In this document: positions 34,210-57,895 of the stretch, piece by piece | How the letters are laid out: every line of letters starts with the position of its first letter | How positions within the stretch are numbered: the stretch's first letter is position 1 | The notes under the pieces: model-generated | Told to the model about the DNA's origin: nothing | The model's database searches: none | The model's input: only the letters and a program-made list of their open reading frames with translations | Translations under genes and position numbers: made by a program | DNA from: Amoebidium appalachense | Taxonomy: Eukaryota; Protista; Ichthyosporea | Assembly: GCA_963693365.1 (NCBI GenBank) | Contig: CAVNZM010000004.1 | Coordinates: 2,316,389 to 2,380,388 of the forward strand | DNA length: 64,000 nt | Direction of reading: 5' to 3'

Positions 34210-35699
34210 TTCTTTCACTCCGCCACGGGCTCCCAACCATACACCACCAGCACAACTATCACACACCGTACACGCACACACACAAACTGCTCTCATACAT
34301 ACAACAGTTTCCCTTATTATGTCACCACCACCGGAAAAAAAAAAGGGGGGTGTGGTGGTGGTGGTGGTGGAGGGGAAGGGGGGGGGGGGGGGGGGGGGGG
34401 GGGGGGTAAAATTTAGACCAAGAATACAACATTGTGGGTGTTAGCCTGTAGGAGAGGGCGGGGGGTGCCACGGCCCGCCGGCCCGGGGAGAGGGGGAAGT
34501 AAGGAACCGAAAGGGGGTTTACCAGGGAGGCATGTGGGCCAAATGATTGCATTTTTTCTGGTGGCCATGGTGGTGGTAATGCATATGGGACTGGTAAAGG
34601 GGAAAGGCAAGGGGGAGGGGGAAGGGCACTGGCACAGCCCTCTTTTTTTCAGAGGGCCGTGGCAGTGGGCCGGGGAGGGCTGGAGTCGAGGGGCTTTCTT
34701 GACCGGCAAAACGGTTGGCCCTAACTCCAGAACGACCAATAAGAACAGTCCAATGCGAGCCAATATAAGTGAACCAGTGTAATAAGCAGGGAAGGAATGC
34801 GTCCAATGTGCCTGAACGACTTTGGATTGGTATAGGATCATGCGCTATCGTAGCCTTCCCTGCGAGCGCTATTGATTGGGCACCTTTTATTTCCCATCAT
34901 AAGTAAACAAGGCATCCCCATAAACTTTTCATAGCCTATATATACCGTATGGCATAACTTTGCAACTAATTGCTTCAACTGTAGTTACTGTACATAAGCT
35001 TATATATAAAGGGTTCACTGTATGGCAGTGAATCCATGAACTAAAGACTGAATAATTCTGAAGAACCATTGTGTTAAAGATCGTTTTGCATCTGATATCC
35101 TTTATACCCCAGAGCAGCAGAAACTTCCGTTCCAACGGACCAACACTCTGTCGACCGTGGAAAAGGTTTCTCGATCTCGGGGGATGCAAGCCGGGGCTGC
35201 TCAAAGGCACAGAAAGCTTCACCCAGCCGGCTGACTTTTGAAAGAGTCCGGCAGACAAACGAATACGGAGGGGCAGGCCTGTTGCTTCTAATGAGGTTTG
35301 GGGGAAAGTGAGAAGTAGTAATCAACCTGAGCTTATAAGCTGGCATTCGTGCAGCGTAGATTTACTTTAGCCACGTTCCTTGTAGCCAATAACAGCAAAG
35401 CAGCCCTCACAAGGGCCACGGCACACCCAATAAGACAGATAGCTCGTTTGTCACGCGCGGAGTTGTGTGCACCTCCGTCGTTTAAAGTACAGAGTGCATA
35501 TATGATATATGAAATGTATACGTGAGTCTACCTTCAATTCAATCAGTACCGTAGCTGCCAACTACATCACCCACTGTCAATCTCTAAACAGACTGTGAAA
35601 CGTTTCCACATATTCACACATCATAGAAGAACCTGTTCCTCAAACCTTCAGTATTTGACGGCCGTGACATAGGCCGCGCTCATATCCAACCCCGACACA

Positions 35700-36488
35700 A
35701 TGGGTAACACCATTGGCATGCTGTTTTCTGCCGGCGCAGGGGGCACTTCTATTGCCGCACTTCTGAGCCCTAACTGGCTAACTGGTAACTCTACCCTCGT
35801 ATCCGGTCAGAGCGTCTATTTGGGTGTGGTTGCAACGTGTACTGGGTCGGGATACACAGAGTGGAAGTGCACGACGTACTTCAATACTGGGAATGAAAAC
35901 TTTCACAAGGCGGTGACGTATGTTGGTTGGCCATCCTCAGCATGGGAAAAGGCCTTTTACGTGATGTGTGTTGGCGTGGCTATCACTCTCGCGGCTTCCA
36001 TTCTGAGCATTTTGGCTACGTTGTGCAACTGGTACTGTGGATGTTTCACGAACTTCGGCAATAAAATCAGCGTATTGTGTGGTGTTTTATGCACCCTAGC
36101 GTGGATTCTGAATCTTGCCGCCATGCTCGTGCTGGCCGGTCACCTGGAAGCTACCGAGTCAGCATGTGGGACTCGAGCCGGTCCGTGGCATTTAGGAAAC
36201 TGTTCCATGGGGTGGGGCATGAAGTGCTACATAGCCGCAATATGCCTAGACTTCGTCGCCAGCATCTTCTACGGTGGGTCTATTCTGTCATGCTGCCTGG
36301 CATGTTGCATATCATCTCAGGACGTGGAGCCAGACCCATTGGATGAAAAGACCATGGGTGCAACCAGTAGCGGTGTGCAGGCGGTGGGTTCGAATTCCAT
36401 TCCGGACTCAGCGGTGGATACAAACGAGCAGGCAAAGGTCGACAAGCAACCAGGGCCGGTTACTTCTAGCACCACCCTCACAGTATAG
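35700..36488 (+). CDS. LHFPL: LHFPL (lipoma HMGIC fusion partner-like) family tetraspan membrane protein, single exon, 262 aa
   Basis: Four hydrophobic segments; claudin-superfamily loop 1 (PNW...YLGVVATC...C); PSSAWEKA; the LHFPL-typical loop 2 CGTRAGPWHLGNCSMGW; Cys-rich juxtamembrane tail. It is the only long non-low-complexity single ORF in the window. Confidence 0.82.
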   Translation: MGNTIGMLFSAGAGGTSIAALLSPNWLTGNSTLVSGQSVYLGVVATCTGSGYTEWKCTTYFNTGNENFHKAVTYVGWPSSAWEKAFYVMCVGVAITLAASILSILATLCNWYCGCFTNFGNKISVLCGVLCTLAWILNLAAMLVLAGHLEATESACGTRAGPWHLGNCSMGWGMKCYIAAICLDFVASIFYGGSILSCCLACCISSQDVEPDPLDEKTMGATSSGVQAVGSNSIPDSAVDTNEQAKVDKQPGPVTSSTTLTV

Positions 36489-36680
36489 TTTGTTTTTCAT
36501 TCCTATTTTTTTCCCCTCGCAATCCGAGTATTTTTTCTTTTTCTTTTTTCTTCTTTTCCCTTTTTCTTCTTCTTTCTTTCCATTCCTTTCCATTTCTTTC
36601 TTTCTAGATTTCTTTCTTTCTTTGTTTTTTTTTTTTGTTTGTTTTTTTTTTTTTTGTTTTTTTCTTTTGTGTGTGTGTGT

Positions 36681-36713
<33 letters not shown>

Positions 36714-37300
36714 AGGGGCCTTGGGGTACACAAGGATTTGGAGCTTGAGCGCAACACCGCGTTTGTGTTGACGTGCGAAGGAATTTATTTATTAGTATAT
36801 GCACAGAGGCTAACAAATAGTGAGGCCCTTATAACAGGTAACTGTTACAGGCAACCAGGCAGAAACAGGCCGGATTTTGATCTTTGCGCGCACCATGAAG
36901 CAACATACAACCATTTTTTATTAGTTTAGATACCGAAAGAATGAATGGCATAGGTTGAAGGCATAAGGTTCAAATACCTTGACTGATACTGTGATTTGGT
37001 CGTGATAATCGTCTATTCGTGTGCATGGCCCATACCCTTTAATCTCTCATATTACAGAAGTGCTTGTATTGAAATGTTTAAGCCTTATCATCACCGAGAT
37101 ATCTCCCTTTCCTTAGTATTCGCCAGTATTAACACCACACCAAAATTAATACTGGAATAAAAAATGGCAGCAATGAGTCCTTCACTCTGATTTTCATTCA
37201 TAAGAGAAAGTACATCGTTTTACCCATACACAGTCGTCCCAAATTTAAAACCCACACGCACTACATCCATAACCCTCCCCCCTCCCCCCTCCCCACCCCA

Positions 37301-37333
<33 letters not shown>

Positions 37334-37414
37334 TGCACGTGCTACCCCCCCCCCCCCCCCCCAATCATTCCTGCCGCCGCCACCACCACCAATAAACACA
37401 CACACACGCACACG

Positions 37415-37466
<52 letters not shown>

Positions 37467-37665
37467 ATACACACACACTTTCTGTTAACCCCCCCCCCCC
37501 CCCAACCCCCCAACCCCACACACACACCCCTACCCACCGACCCACCCACCCACCCACCCACCACCACCACCGCCACCACCACCCACATATTCCCCCTCCC
37601 TCCCTCCCGCTCCCCCCCCCTCCCACCACCTACCCACCCACCCACCCACCCACACTTCACTATTA

Positions 37666-48605
<10,940 letters not shown>

Positions 48606-49059
48606 AGTAGCAAGAGCCTGATATTACATAAAGAACACAACGTGTATGCATGGGGCAGAGGACTGGTAAACTCCCAAAGGACGGTGGTATGGAAAAAAGA
48701 CGTTAACAAACAGCAGAAAAAAGAACGCATGGAATGTGAACTGTGATGGCCAAACCTTCCTGGTATTTCCCGTTCGAACAAAAAGGTATAGCAACATCGA
48801 TGATTGATGTCTTTGATAAACATTTCAGGCCAGTGGCCAAGTGTATAGGGATTTTCTCCAGCCAAGCTAAACAAGCAAGTGCATGCAAGGCCAAAATTTG
48901 CCCTTAACTAAATCTCCCTACCGTCAGCCTTTCTTCTCGTCATCTCCTTTGAAATGCTGTCGAAATATTCTTGAACCCCTACACCCCCCCCCCCCCCCCA
49001 AAAAAAAAAAACATCCGACACACACACACACCCTAAGCAACAACAGTAGGGTGAGGGAA

Positions 49060-49107
<48 letters not shown>

Positions 49108-49322
49108 AGGAAGAGAAACCCTCCGCGCCACTCTCTTTCTTTCTATGCAAATACGTCCGAACTTTCATCGAGTCGATTGCGGGTTGTAGTCTAGTAAGCC
49201 ACGCCCGCTATTAGGTTAAGCTTTGCAAGAGGGCGAATAAAACAAGCCCTTAGCAAGGCAGAAACGTCTAAGAAAAGACCAACCTCTGCAGGCATTTTAA
49301 CCAGCACGCCTGTAAAGCTTCT

Positions 49323-49431
49323 GTCACCTACTGAGGTGACTCGTATTTTTCCTTACACACACAGCGAACGGGACCGTAGAGCCGCCGCGAGAGAAAGCAT
49401 GCACGCGGTCGCGAGAGTGTAAGGAAAAATA
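49323..49431. promoter_or_regulatory. Probable bidirectional promoter region containing a perfect 15-bp inverted repeat
   Basis: tatttttccttacac (49344-49358) / gtgtaaggaaaaata (49417-49431) surround a CpG-rich spacer with two CGCGAGA motifs. It lies between the PSMD5 5' end and + strand splice donors. Confidence 0.5.
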
Positions 49432-50340
49432 GGGTTTGAGGCGAACGTGAAGTTCAAAGCAGCCCAGGCACCGTCAGTACGTGCCAGGTAAAGCTTTGGC
49501 TATTGACCGGTCGTCGATGCAAGGTCATACAAACGGGGTTTGCGCAATCTGTTTGCAAACGCCTCAACGAGAAACCTCGGGAATAGAAATATGACACGGA
49601 AGTGCATGTATGCACGTCTTTTTTTCAGAGGGCCGTGCTCTACACATGGGTAGGTAAATTTCACCACACACCATACGGTAGCTGGCCTTATTCAAATTAC
49701 AACTACGGTAGCGCACTAAGAGGAGCTTTCCAAATATGATCGTTCTGATTTTCGGGCAAAAGAAACACTGTAGGCTATGGACTGTGCTGCAGCAAAACTT
49801 GAGTGAAGGAATTGTCATCCACCTACTCTAAAACACCAGCGGAAAGCTGAAACACTGCCATCAGTAGTTACTTGATAACCAAACTTTGGTGTTAACCAGG
49901 ATCGCCCGAACTTAAATGTTGGGCATCGACATACAGTTTCAAGGTCTACAGATTTTGCAGCAACCTTGGAGTCTACAGGCACTCATTATCTTTTAGTCGT
50001 GTAAAGACGTAAAGCTGATAGCCAAAAACATGCACAATGGCCAGGTCCTTTCTGTTTTAAGCTTGATGTTCGTGCCGTTGCACCAGTGCAGCCCGACTGA
50101 CCAATGGTTGATGCGCATTCGCTGCTTCCCTCTCTTTTCATTGTTCCCTTGCAGACTAATACCCTGTGTCCCCGGTCCAGAACACGGCAGAGGCAGGGGA
50201 GGAGTTCGAACCGGTCACAGCCAGGCAGGACGAGCGTTCTGAGAGAGGTACCGTCTACCCCCCTTCACACCCCCCCTCCCCCCCCCCCCCCCCTCCCCCC
50301 CTCCCCCCCCCCCCCCCCCAAAAAAAAAAAATTCTCCCGT

Positions 50341-51512
50341 ATACGAGACCAAGGGGTCGACTCAGACGCAATTGATGGCTTGGGCCCCCTGTGAGCATGG
50401 CCTCTGCTTAGTTTGCATACTGCAAGCCCTGCTTATGTTGCATGCTTGAAAGCTTGCCTTACCATGTTTGTCATTGAAAGCTGTACTCTGTACTGGGTTC
50501 TGCATTTTAAACCCCCGTCTCTTCTTTCAGAAGTGCCCATTTAGGACAGACCACCGTGTACAGATGAATCGTACTCCGAGGCAACCGGGCATGGTTGATC
50601 TCAATGGTGCATCTGTATCACATATGCCTTTTTCGCATTTGCATTAGTTTGCCCACACACACATTCACCCTTCTGCTCACATCCCCCCACCCCACCCCCA
50701 CACCCCTCCTCCCTTCCCTTTCCCGAATACGAGGCTAAGGGGTCGACTCAGACGCAATGGATGGCTTGGGTAGCCGTTTTCGCATTTGCATTAATACCAG
50801 TTTGCTCTCACACACATTCACCGTTTTTGCTCGTATCCCGCTCCCCTCCCCCTTGACCCTCCCAAGTTCAGTTGATGCTGCTGTCTGAGTTGGAGAGTCG
50901 TATATACGCGGGCTAAGGGGTCGAAACTCAATCGCAATTGATGACTTGGGCCCTCCCTGAGGATGGGCGCTGCTGATGACGCATACTGTGCGCATGGCTA
51001 TGTTGCATACTTGAATGTTTGCCTTTGCATGTGTCCTTCGTGTATGCGTACTTCGTACCGTGTTCCGCATTCAAACCCCCCCAGTCTTCTTTCAGACGTG
51101 TCCTTTCAGGACAGACCACTGTGTGGAGACCGATTTACTTCCATGCAACCGGGCATGGTTGCTCTGTGTCGTGCATCTGTAAGCACATACGCATTTTTCG
51201 CTGCACTGCATTAGTTTGCACACACATAATTCACCGTTTTGCTCACCTTGCTTGCATAAGCAACCCTGCTCGTCTTTGATCAAGACGGGTTGACCCTCCC
51301 AAGTTCAGTTGATGCTGCTGTCTGAGTTGGAGAGTCGTGTATACGCCGGCTAAGGGGTCGAAACTCAGACGCAATTGATGACTTGGGCCCTCCCTGAGGA
51401 TGGGCTCTGCTTATGACGCATACTGTGCGCATGGCTATGTTGGATACTTGAATGTTTGCCTTTGCATGTGTCCTTCGTGTATGCGTACTTCGTACCGTGT
51501 TCCGCATTCAAA
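50341..51512 (+). mobile_element. Layered cluster of the ~450-bp element: old diverged copy, internally deleted copy, and a young 1.5-unit array
   Basis: Diverged copy at about 50341-50682; deleted copy at about 50727-50837; young array at 50853-51512 with unit ends (cattcaaa) at 51075 and 51512 (period 437, shared internal deletion). Confidence 0.9.
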
Positions 51513-52287
51513 CCCACCCACCCACCCACCCCCTCCCCTTTCTCCCCTCTCTCTGCCACCTAACACAAACAGACACACACACGCATACGTGTGGGGATAT
51601 ACAATTCAGTTCTTGCGCCAGAGGAAAATGTCCGTTTGCCAATTTCTCTCATCATTCATTATGGACGTGCGCTTGCACGGACAGTCCGGGCACCCGCCCA
51701 TAAATCAACAAGCCCCCATCACTGACACATGCGCGCCCACACGCACACACACACACACACGGACGCACGCACACACACACGCACACACACATATCCCCAG
51801 GTGCCCCCGTCAAGAGCAGTGCACTTGTGTGTTCCGGCAAGACCTAATTGCTGGCATTCTACACCTTTCGCTGAGAGACACCGCATTCACAAAAATCCGT
51901 AGCCTCAACCCGCTTGCCTCATCACTTTCGGGGACGTATGTATCCCCCCCCCCCCTCCCCCCTCCCCCTTCCCCCCCCCCCCCCCCCCCCCAGCCACACA
52001 AACACACACATAAACCCACCCTCTTCCAAAAACCCCCCTCCCCAAATTCCCTCTCCTCCCCTCTCTCTCGCTCCCCTCTCCACCTTTTTACCTACCTACC
52101 TCTCGCTCTCTCTTGTCTTCTGGGTGCCACAAAATTATTAGTTGTAAATGGTGAGTGGCAGTGCCCATCAATCTGTATGAAATCCCTTTCACCACCCACC
52201 CCACTCCAACCGCCCCAGGCACACTAGTTATGCTCGTTTCTTTCGTATGAATCCCCCCCACCACCACCAGCACCACCACCAGCACCA

Positions 52288-52329
<42 letters not shown>

Positions 52330-52331
52330 GC

Positions 52332-52393
<62 letters not shown>

Positions 52394-52989
52394 CCCCACC
52401 GTGCATAAGTTTTTTTATTCCTTACACATTGCCTCCCCCCCCCCCCCCCCCCCCCTCCAGCCCCCCCAAAACCCTCAAACCCTTAACCCTACCCCACCCC
52501 ACTCCACACCCTAGCCCACCCAGGCGGCACACTGGGTTGCTCATTCCAATGATATGGACCCCCTCCCTCCCCCTTTGCGCTCTAAATCTTTTGATCAGTT
52601 GGCGTGATATGGACGTGTTGGTGTTCATCATTCTTCCAATTCCTGCCGTATCGTGTAATTTTTTGGCCTGGCCGTGCCAGCATGTACGCTGATATCAAGA
52701 GGGCTGGCCCTCTGTTTCAAGATATCTGTGGCTATCCCTTTACCTGTTGTCGTTCATGCCACCTGGGGTGTTGACCCAAGTGCCAGAGGGCACCCAATAA
52801 ACATGTGCATTGATCCCTCATCTGAAATGCAGATGCTCACTTTCATGGTTTGGTTTACACGAGATATGTGACTTCCATATGCATACTGGAATTTTCTGTC
52901 CCACTGTCGTTGAGAGGCCGCATCATTTTTGTGGACGATCTTTTTCAAAAGGAAGGAGAGGGAAGCCGAGGCTTCCTTCATTCTTATCT

Positions 52990-53180
<191 letters not shown>

Positions 53181-53217
53181 TTTCCTAGGATGTTTATATT
53201 TTCCCGTTGGGGGGGAA

Positions 53218-53249
<32 letters not shown>

Positions 53250-53310
53250 GTTGTTGTTGGATTGAAGGGTATTGATATGGTGTAGCCTTTACCCAGACAC
53301 ACCACATTCG

Positions 53311-53350
<40 letters not shown>

Positions 53351-54507
53351 TGTGTGTGTGTGTGTGATAGTCCCGTAGCTGACTTCCAAGACTTGCCCGA
53401 CCCGGCCCAGGCACCCACCCACCGACCCATCCACGTTCACCCACTCATGCACAGGGGAAAACACACACATGCACGCACGCCCGCACGACACATGCGCACA
53501 CATACCCATCCACACACGGCACGCACACACACACACCCACACACTTGCTCACCCACCCACGCCCGCACACATGGAGGTACCAATGGTGCACACACACACA
53601 CCCAGTGGCACGGGTTCTTGGCCGGACACGGCCCATAGTAGCCTGGTGTTTATCTATAGTTCAGAATATCTCGACTCTGTCAGATGCCGGATATCCTAAA
53701 TGTACGCGCTCAATTCTGCTGGAATTGACCCACCATTTGTGTGGGCAAACATCCTTTAATGGTCCCTTAATTGATATCAGGGCGGTGCGGCACACACGCA
53801 TGATCCATGTGCACGCACGCACGCACACACACTAGCACGCATGCATGCACACAAACATGCACACAAACACACACACAAACATCTAAACAAAAATACACCA
53901 ACTTAAAGTCCACGCCCGACTCAGACACCCACATGATATGCATTGGCCATCCCCCAATAAATGCGCATTGATCCCACACACCGTGCCACAATCTCATCTG
54001 CCCACGCATGTACACGCATGCCAACGCATGCACACCCTGGCACACACACAGGCACGTACACCCGCATGCACCCATGCGCACTCATACCCATCGACACACA
54101 GATCATTCTTCCAGTATTCTTTCTATTCCCCCACTTTGTTTTTGGTTTGCGGAAAATTTTCTCTTTTTTTTTTGCCCGGAGAGGAAGGGGAGGGTAGGTG
54201 GGTGTAACGTTTGAGTACCCAGACACCACACACGCGCGCACGCACAGACGTGCAGGCACACACAAACACATACTTGCATGAACACACTCGTGGACTCAGT
54301 CGGCCACACGCCTACACACACACACACACACACATGTACACACACGCACACGCACGCAACCCTCGTGGCAACTTTTTTTTTTTTGGACAAACTCCCTTTG
54401 ATAGAATGAGTGGTGGCTGCACACACATATATTGCACACACTCGCGCACACACGCCTTCCATGCATGCATAGTCTGCACCCACACACATACACACATACA
54501 CACACAT

Positions 54508-54543
<36 letters not shown>

Positions 54544-54720
54544 CATCAAATGCACCACCAAAAGCGCATGGCTGACTGACCCAGGCATCCAAACACATAG
54601 ACACACACCCACACCTGCCCACGTATGCACACAGGCACACACACACACACATGCACGCCAGCAAGCAAGCATGCGCACACACAAGCATTGATACACGACA
54701 TGCACGCACACAGACCGTCA

Positions 54721-54795
<75 letters not shown>

Positions 54796-54867
54796 AAAAC
54801 ACACACGCGCACACACACGCACATGCACACACAATTACATGTGTGTGTGTATATGCGCGCACGCGTG

Positions 54868-54974
<107 letters not shown>

Positions 54975-55370
54975 CCCCACACACACCCCAAAATGCAAAA
55001 ACACCACAATACCACCACCACCCACCGGAATAAAGGCACAGCACCACTAAAACTTAATGCCCGCACACACACACACCCCACACACACCCGGCCAGCCTGC
55101 CCCGGCTGCCGGCACACCCACAGACCCACGGTTCCATGCAAACCACACCTTTTAGTTCACAAACCTTTCTGCCACGAGGTATGTACACCAGCATACATTC
55201 TTAGGAAGCAAACCCCCACCACCACCACCTCCACACCCCATCATACACTCCTACCCCCCGTGAGCAGCACACACAACACATCGGACATTCCACTACCGTA
55301 GATCGACCAATGAGACCCTGTGGTTAACGTTTATTCGTAGGATTTAAGTGGAGGGGAGGACTAGTGCCCC

Positions 55371-55569
55371 CTACCGGCGTGGCTGGGGTAGTAACCCTGG
55401 GTAAAGTGTCTACTTATAGTTAGGTTTGGGAATGATGGTTTCGCTTAGCTGAACAAATAACTAGCATCCTAACGTTGTTTACTTTCGGTGCTGTGTGGTA
55501 GACCGGAGTGCCCTTGAGCCTCGCGGCCTGCAAGGGCCCTCCTGACACAAAACGTGATAGAATAAAAAA
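55371..55569 (+). mobile_element. Older copy of the poly(A) retroposon seen at 11775-11996
   Basis: accggcgtggctgggg...accctggg(t/c)aaagtgt...atagttagg...gcttagc...tagca(t/c)ccta...tcggtgctg(t/g)gtgg...ccctcc...acaaaacg(t/g)gat followed by an A-rich tail aligns colinearly with the reverse complement of 11775-11996. Confidence 0.75.
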
Positions 55570-55703
55570 CAATTGTGTCTATGTGTGGGTTGTGTGCGGG
55601 CGATTTTGTGTCTTTGTTGTTGCATGCGGGGACGACTAGGTACAGCCGCATGCACGCATACACACACATGATATCCATCGACACATCAATCCTTCTTTTT
55701 CAA

Positions 55704-55778
<75 letters not shown>

Positions 55779-56371
55779 ACACACACACACACACACTCTC
55801 AAGTGCAAGAGCACCAAAATTATCACCCTAAAATTCCAAAATCACCATCCCTACCTATGAGCTTAGAGTAAGAGAAGAGGCAAGAAGAGAGTAGAATTAC
55901 CTCCCCTACCAGCCCTGACCTACTACGTAGAGGAGTAGAGTGACGAGGGATCATAAGTGCTGAGGAGTGAACCTCAGCTTTCTTTTTTCCAGCTCAGAGT
56001 TTAGCCTCAACGTCGGCCATGCCACACTTTAGAACTGACGGGTCGTGGATCTCCGAGAGTCCCAAATTGCTCTAAGTTTGACACGGCATGTTTTCTGCCC
56101 CACTGATAGCCTTTGGCATAGTCTTCTTTAGCTGGTAGCACACCTCACACGTAACTGGTTTATACAAAAACTGCAGAACTCTAAACGGCATGTCATATGT
56201 CCTTTTCGGAGGATTTGTATTCGAAATCTCGAGCCAATTTTTTCTGGTTGCTTGTGTATAAACAGCAGAACGTATATGTACGACGGTTCGTAATTGAAGT
56301 GACCCGATATGAACGGCTATAGGGACATACATGGGCCGAGTCAGGCCGGTGTGCAACTGCGACGCACAAAG

Positions 56372-56595
56372 GTAATGTACCCCACACACACACACTTCAC
56401 AGTTGCAAAACAAACAAATCTTTGAGAAGGGGATGGACACGGAAAACTTGGATCTTGTTATGTAACCACACACGCGCACTTCACAGTTGCACAGCAAACA
56501 AAGGGAAGGGAATGGACACGGAAAACTTGGTATGTACCCACACACACACAATTCACAGTTGCACAACAAAAAAAGGGAAGGGGATGAACACGGAG
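56372..56595 (+). repeat. ~70-85-bp tandem repeat, 3 copies
   Basis: atgta(c/a)ccacacac...ttcacagttgca...gaagggratgracacgga occurs three times. Confidence 0.85.
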
Positions 56596-56959
56596 GCAAT
56601 GCTAACGTACCACTGGTGGTGATTGTTGTGTGTCGTAACCTTTTCTCCGAGCTGGTCGCCCGGCGGGAATTTAAAAAGGGTCACCTCAGACATGCACCCC
56701 GGGTTCAATGGGAAGGTAAGAGGGTTTCCAGGGATTTATTCACAGGTCATAGCTCGGAGCGCGTCACTAGGTCCTGAATTACTGATATCTTCCCCTATAC
56801 ATATTACCACCCAAAATCTGCACTCTTGCAGCGCACATGACTCTTTTCCGAAGGCATACTACTGTACTAATCCCTATTCATGCCACGGTGTGTTTGCTAA
56901 CTGCAAGCCGCCAACACGAGTTGTTCCCTATATATAATAAGCATAATCAGCAGGTGAGC

Positions 56960-57146
56960 TATGTACAATCTATGGATATTTTGTGCGCCAAAGGGCAAAA
57001 ACTTAACATCTTTTAACAACTTTTCATTGACACACACACTTTGTCAGGCACATAACAAAATCTATCGACAGAGTGAATATGTCACGCAAACAAAAAGAAA
57101 GCTCCAAAAGCCCCAATAAAAAGAGAGGCATAAAAACTTATGTACA
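56960..57146 (-). promoter_or_regulatory. Two Pumilio-response elements (UGUACAUA) downstream of the Pumilio stop codon
   Basis: + strand TATGTACA at 56960-56967 and 57139-57146 reads UGUACAUA on the Pumilio mRNA strand. Confidence 0.6.
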
Positions 57147-57486
57147 GAATTTTGTCCCTAGCCTAGAAATCCTCATGTTCAGCCCAACAGTTCCAGTCGC
57201 AGGCACCTAAAAAGGGGAAAAAAAAAAAAAAAAAAAAGGAAAAAAAAAAGAAGGAAAAAAAAAGGGAAAGAAAAGAAAGAAAAGATAGAAACGCAGAAAA
57301 TGCGAGTAGTTACAGAAAAAGGGGGACAACCATATGATTTTCCCACACACACATACCACATCAGAGAGATCCATGCAACCATACTGCTTCTTCCTCCCCA
57401 AAATCTCTATCTACATCTCCAACACACGAAACCGCCCAATCCCACAGGCCAAAACTCCATGCCCAATCACAATCCCCTTTGCCCCA

Positions 57487-57763
57487 TTACTGCGATTGCT
57501 GTTGTCCAGGGGGTGGAGGGGGATGCTGCTGCTGGGGGGACTGAGGAATGTGTCGCTCAACCTTTGAAAGAATGTGCTTGCCATAGGTGTAGCGGCGCAG
57601 GGACATGATGTGGGGACGTAGTTGGACTAGCAGCTGTGACCTGAGGTCCTCATCGGCCACATCGATCATCTTCTGCACCACGTAGTTGGCATACTGGTCC
57701 TTCATCATCAGGTACAGTGCACTCACCTCCCTGTGTGGTGTAATCGTCAGCACGTGTGTGCAC

Positions 57764-57826
<63 letters not shown>

Positions 57827-57862
57827 TGTGTGTGTGCGTGCGCGCGCTTGTGGTGGCCGCAC

Positions 57863-57895
<33 letters not shown>

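Noticed and set aside
50037-50247. Histone H3/CENP-A-like start (spliced MARTRQRQGRSS...PGRTSVLRE) and TGLLIP at about 52.53 kb
   Set aside because: No downstream exons encoding the histone fold could be found or joined in frame; probably chance, though worth a tBLASTn check.
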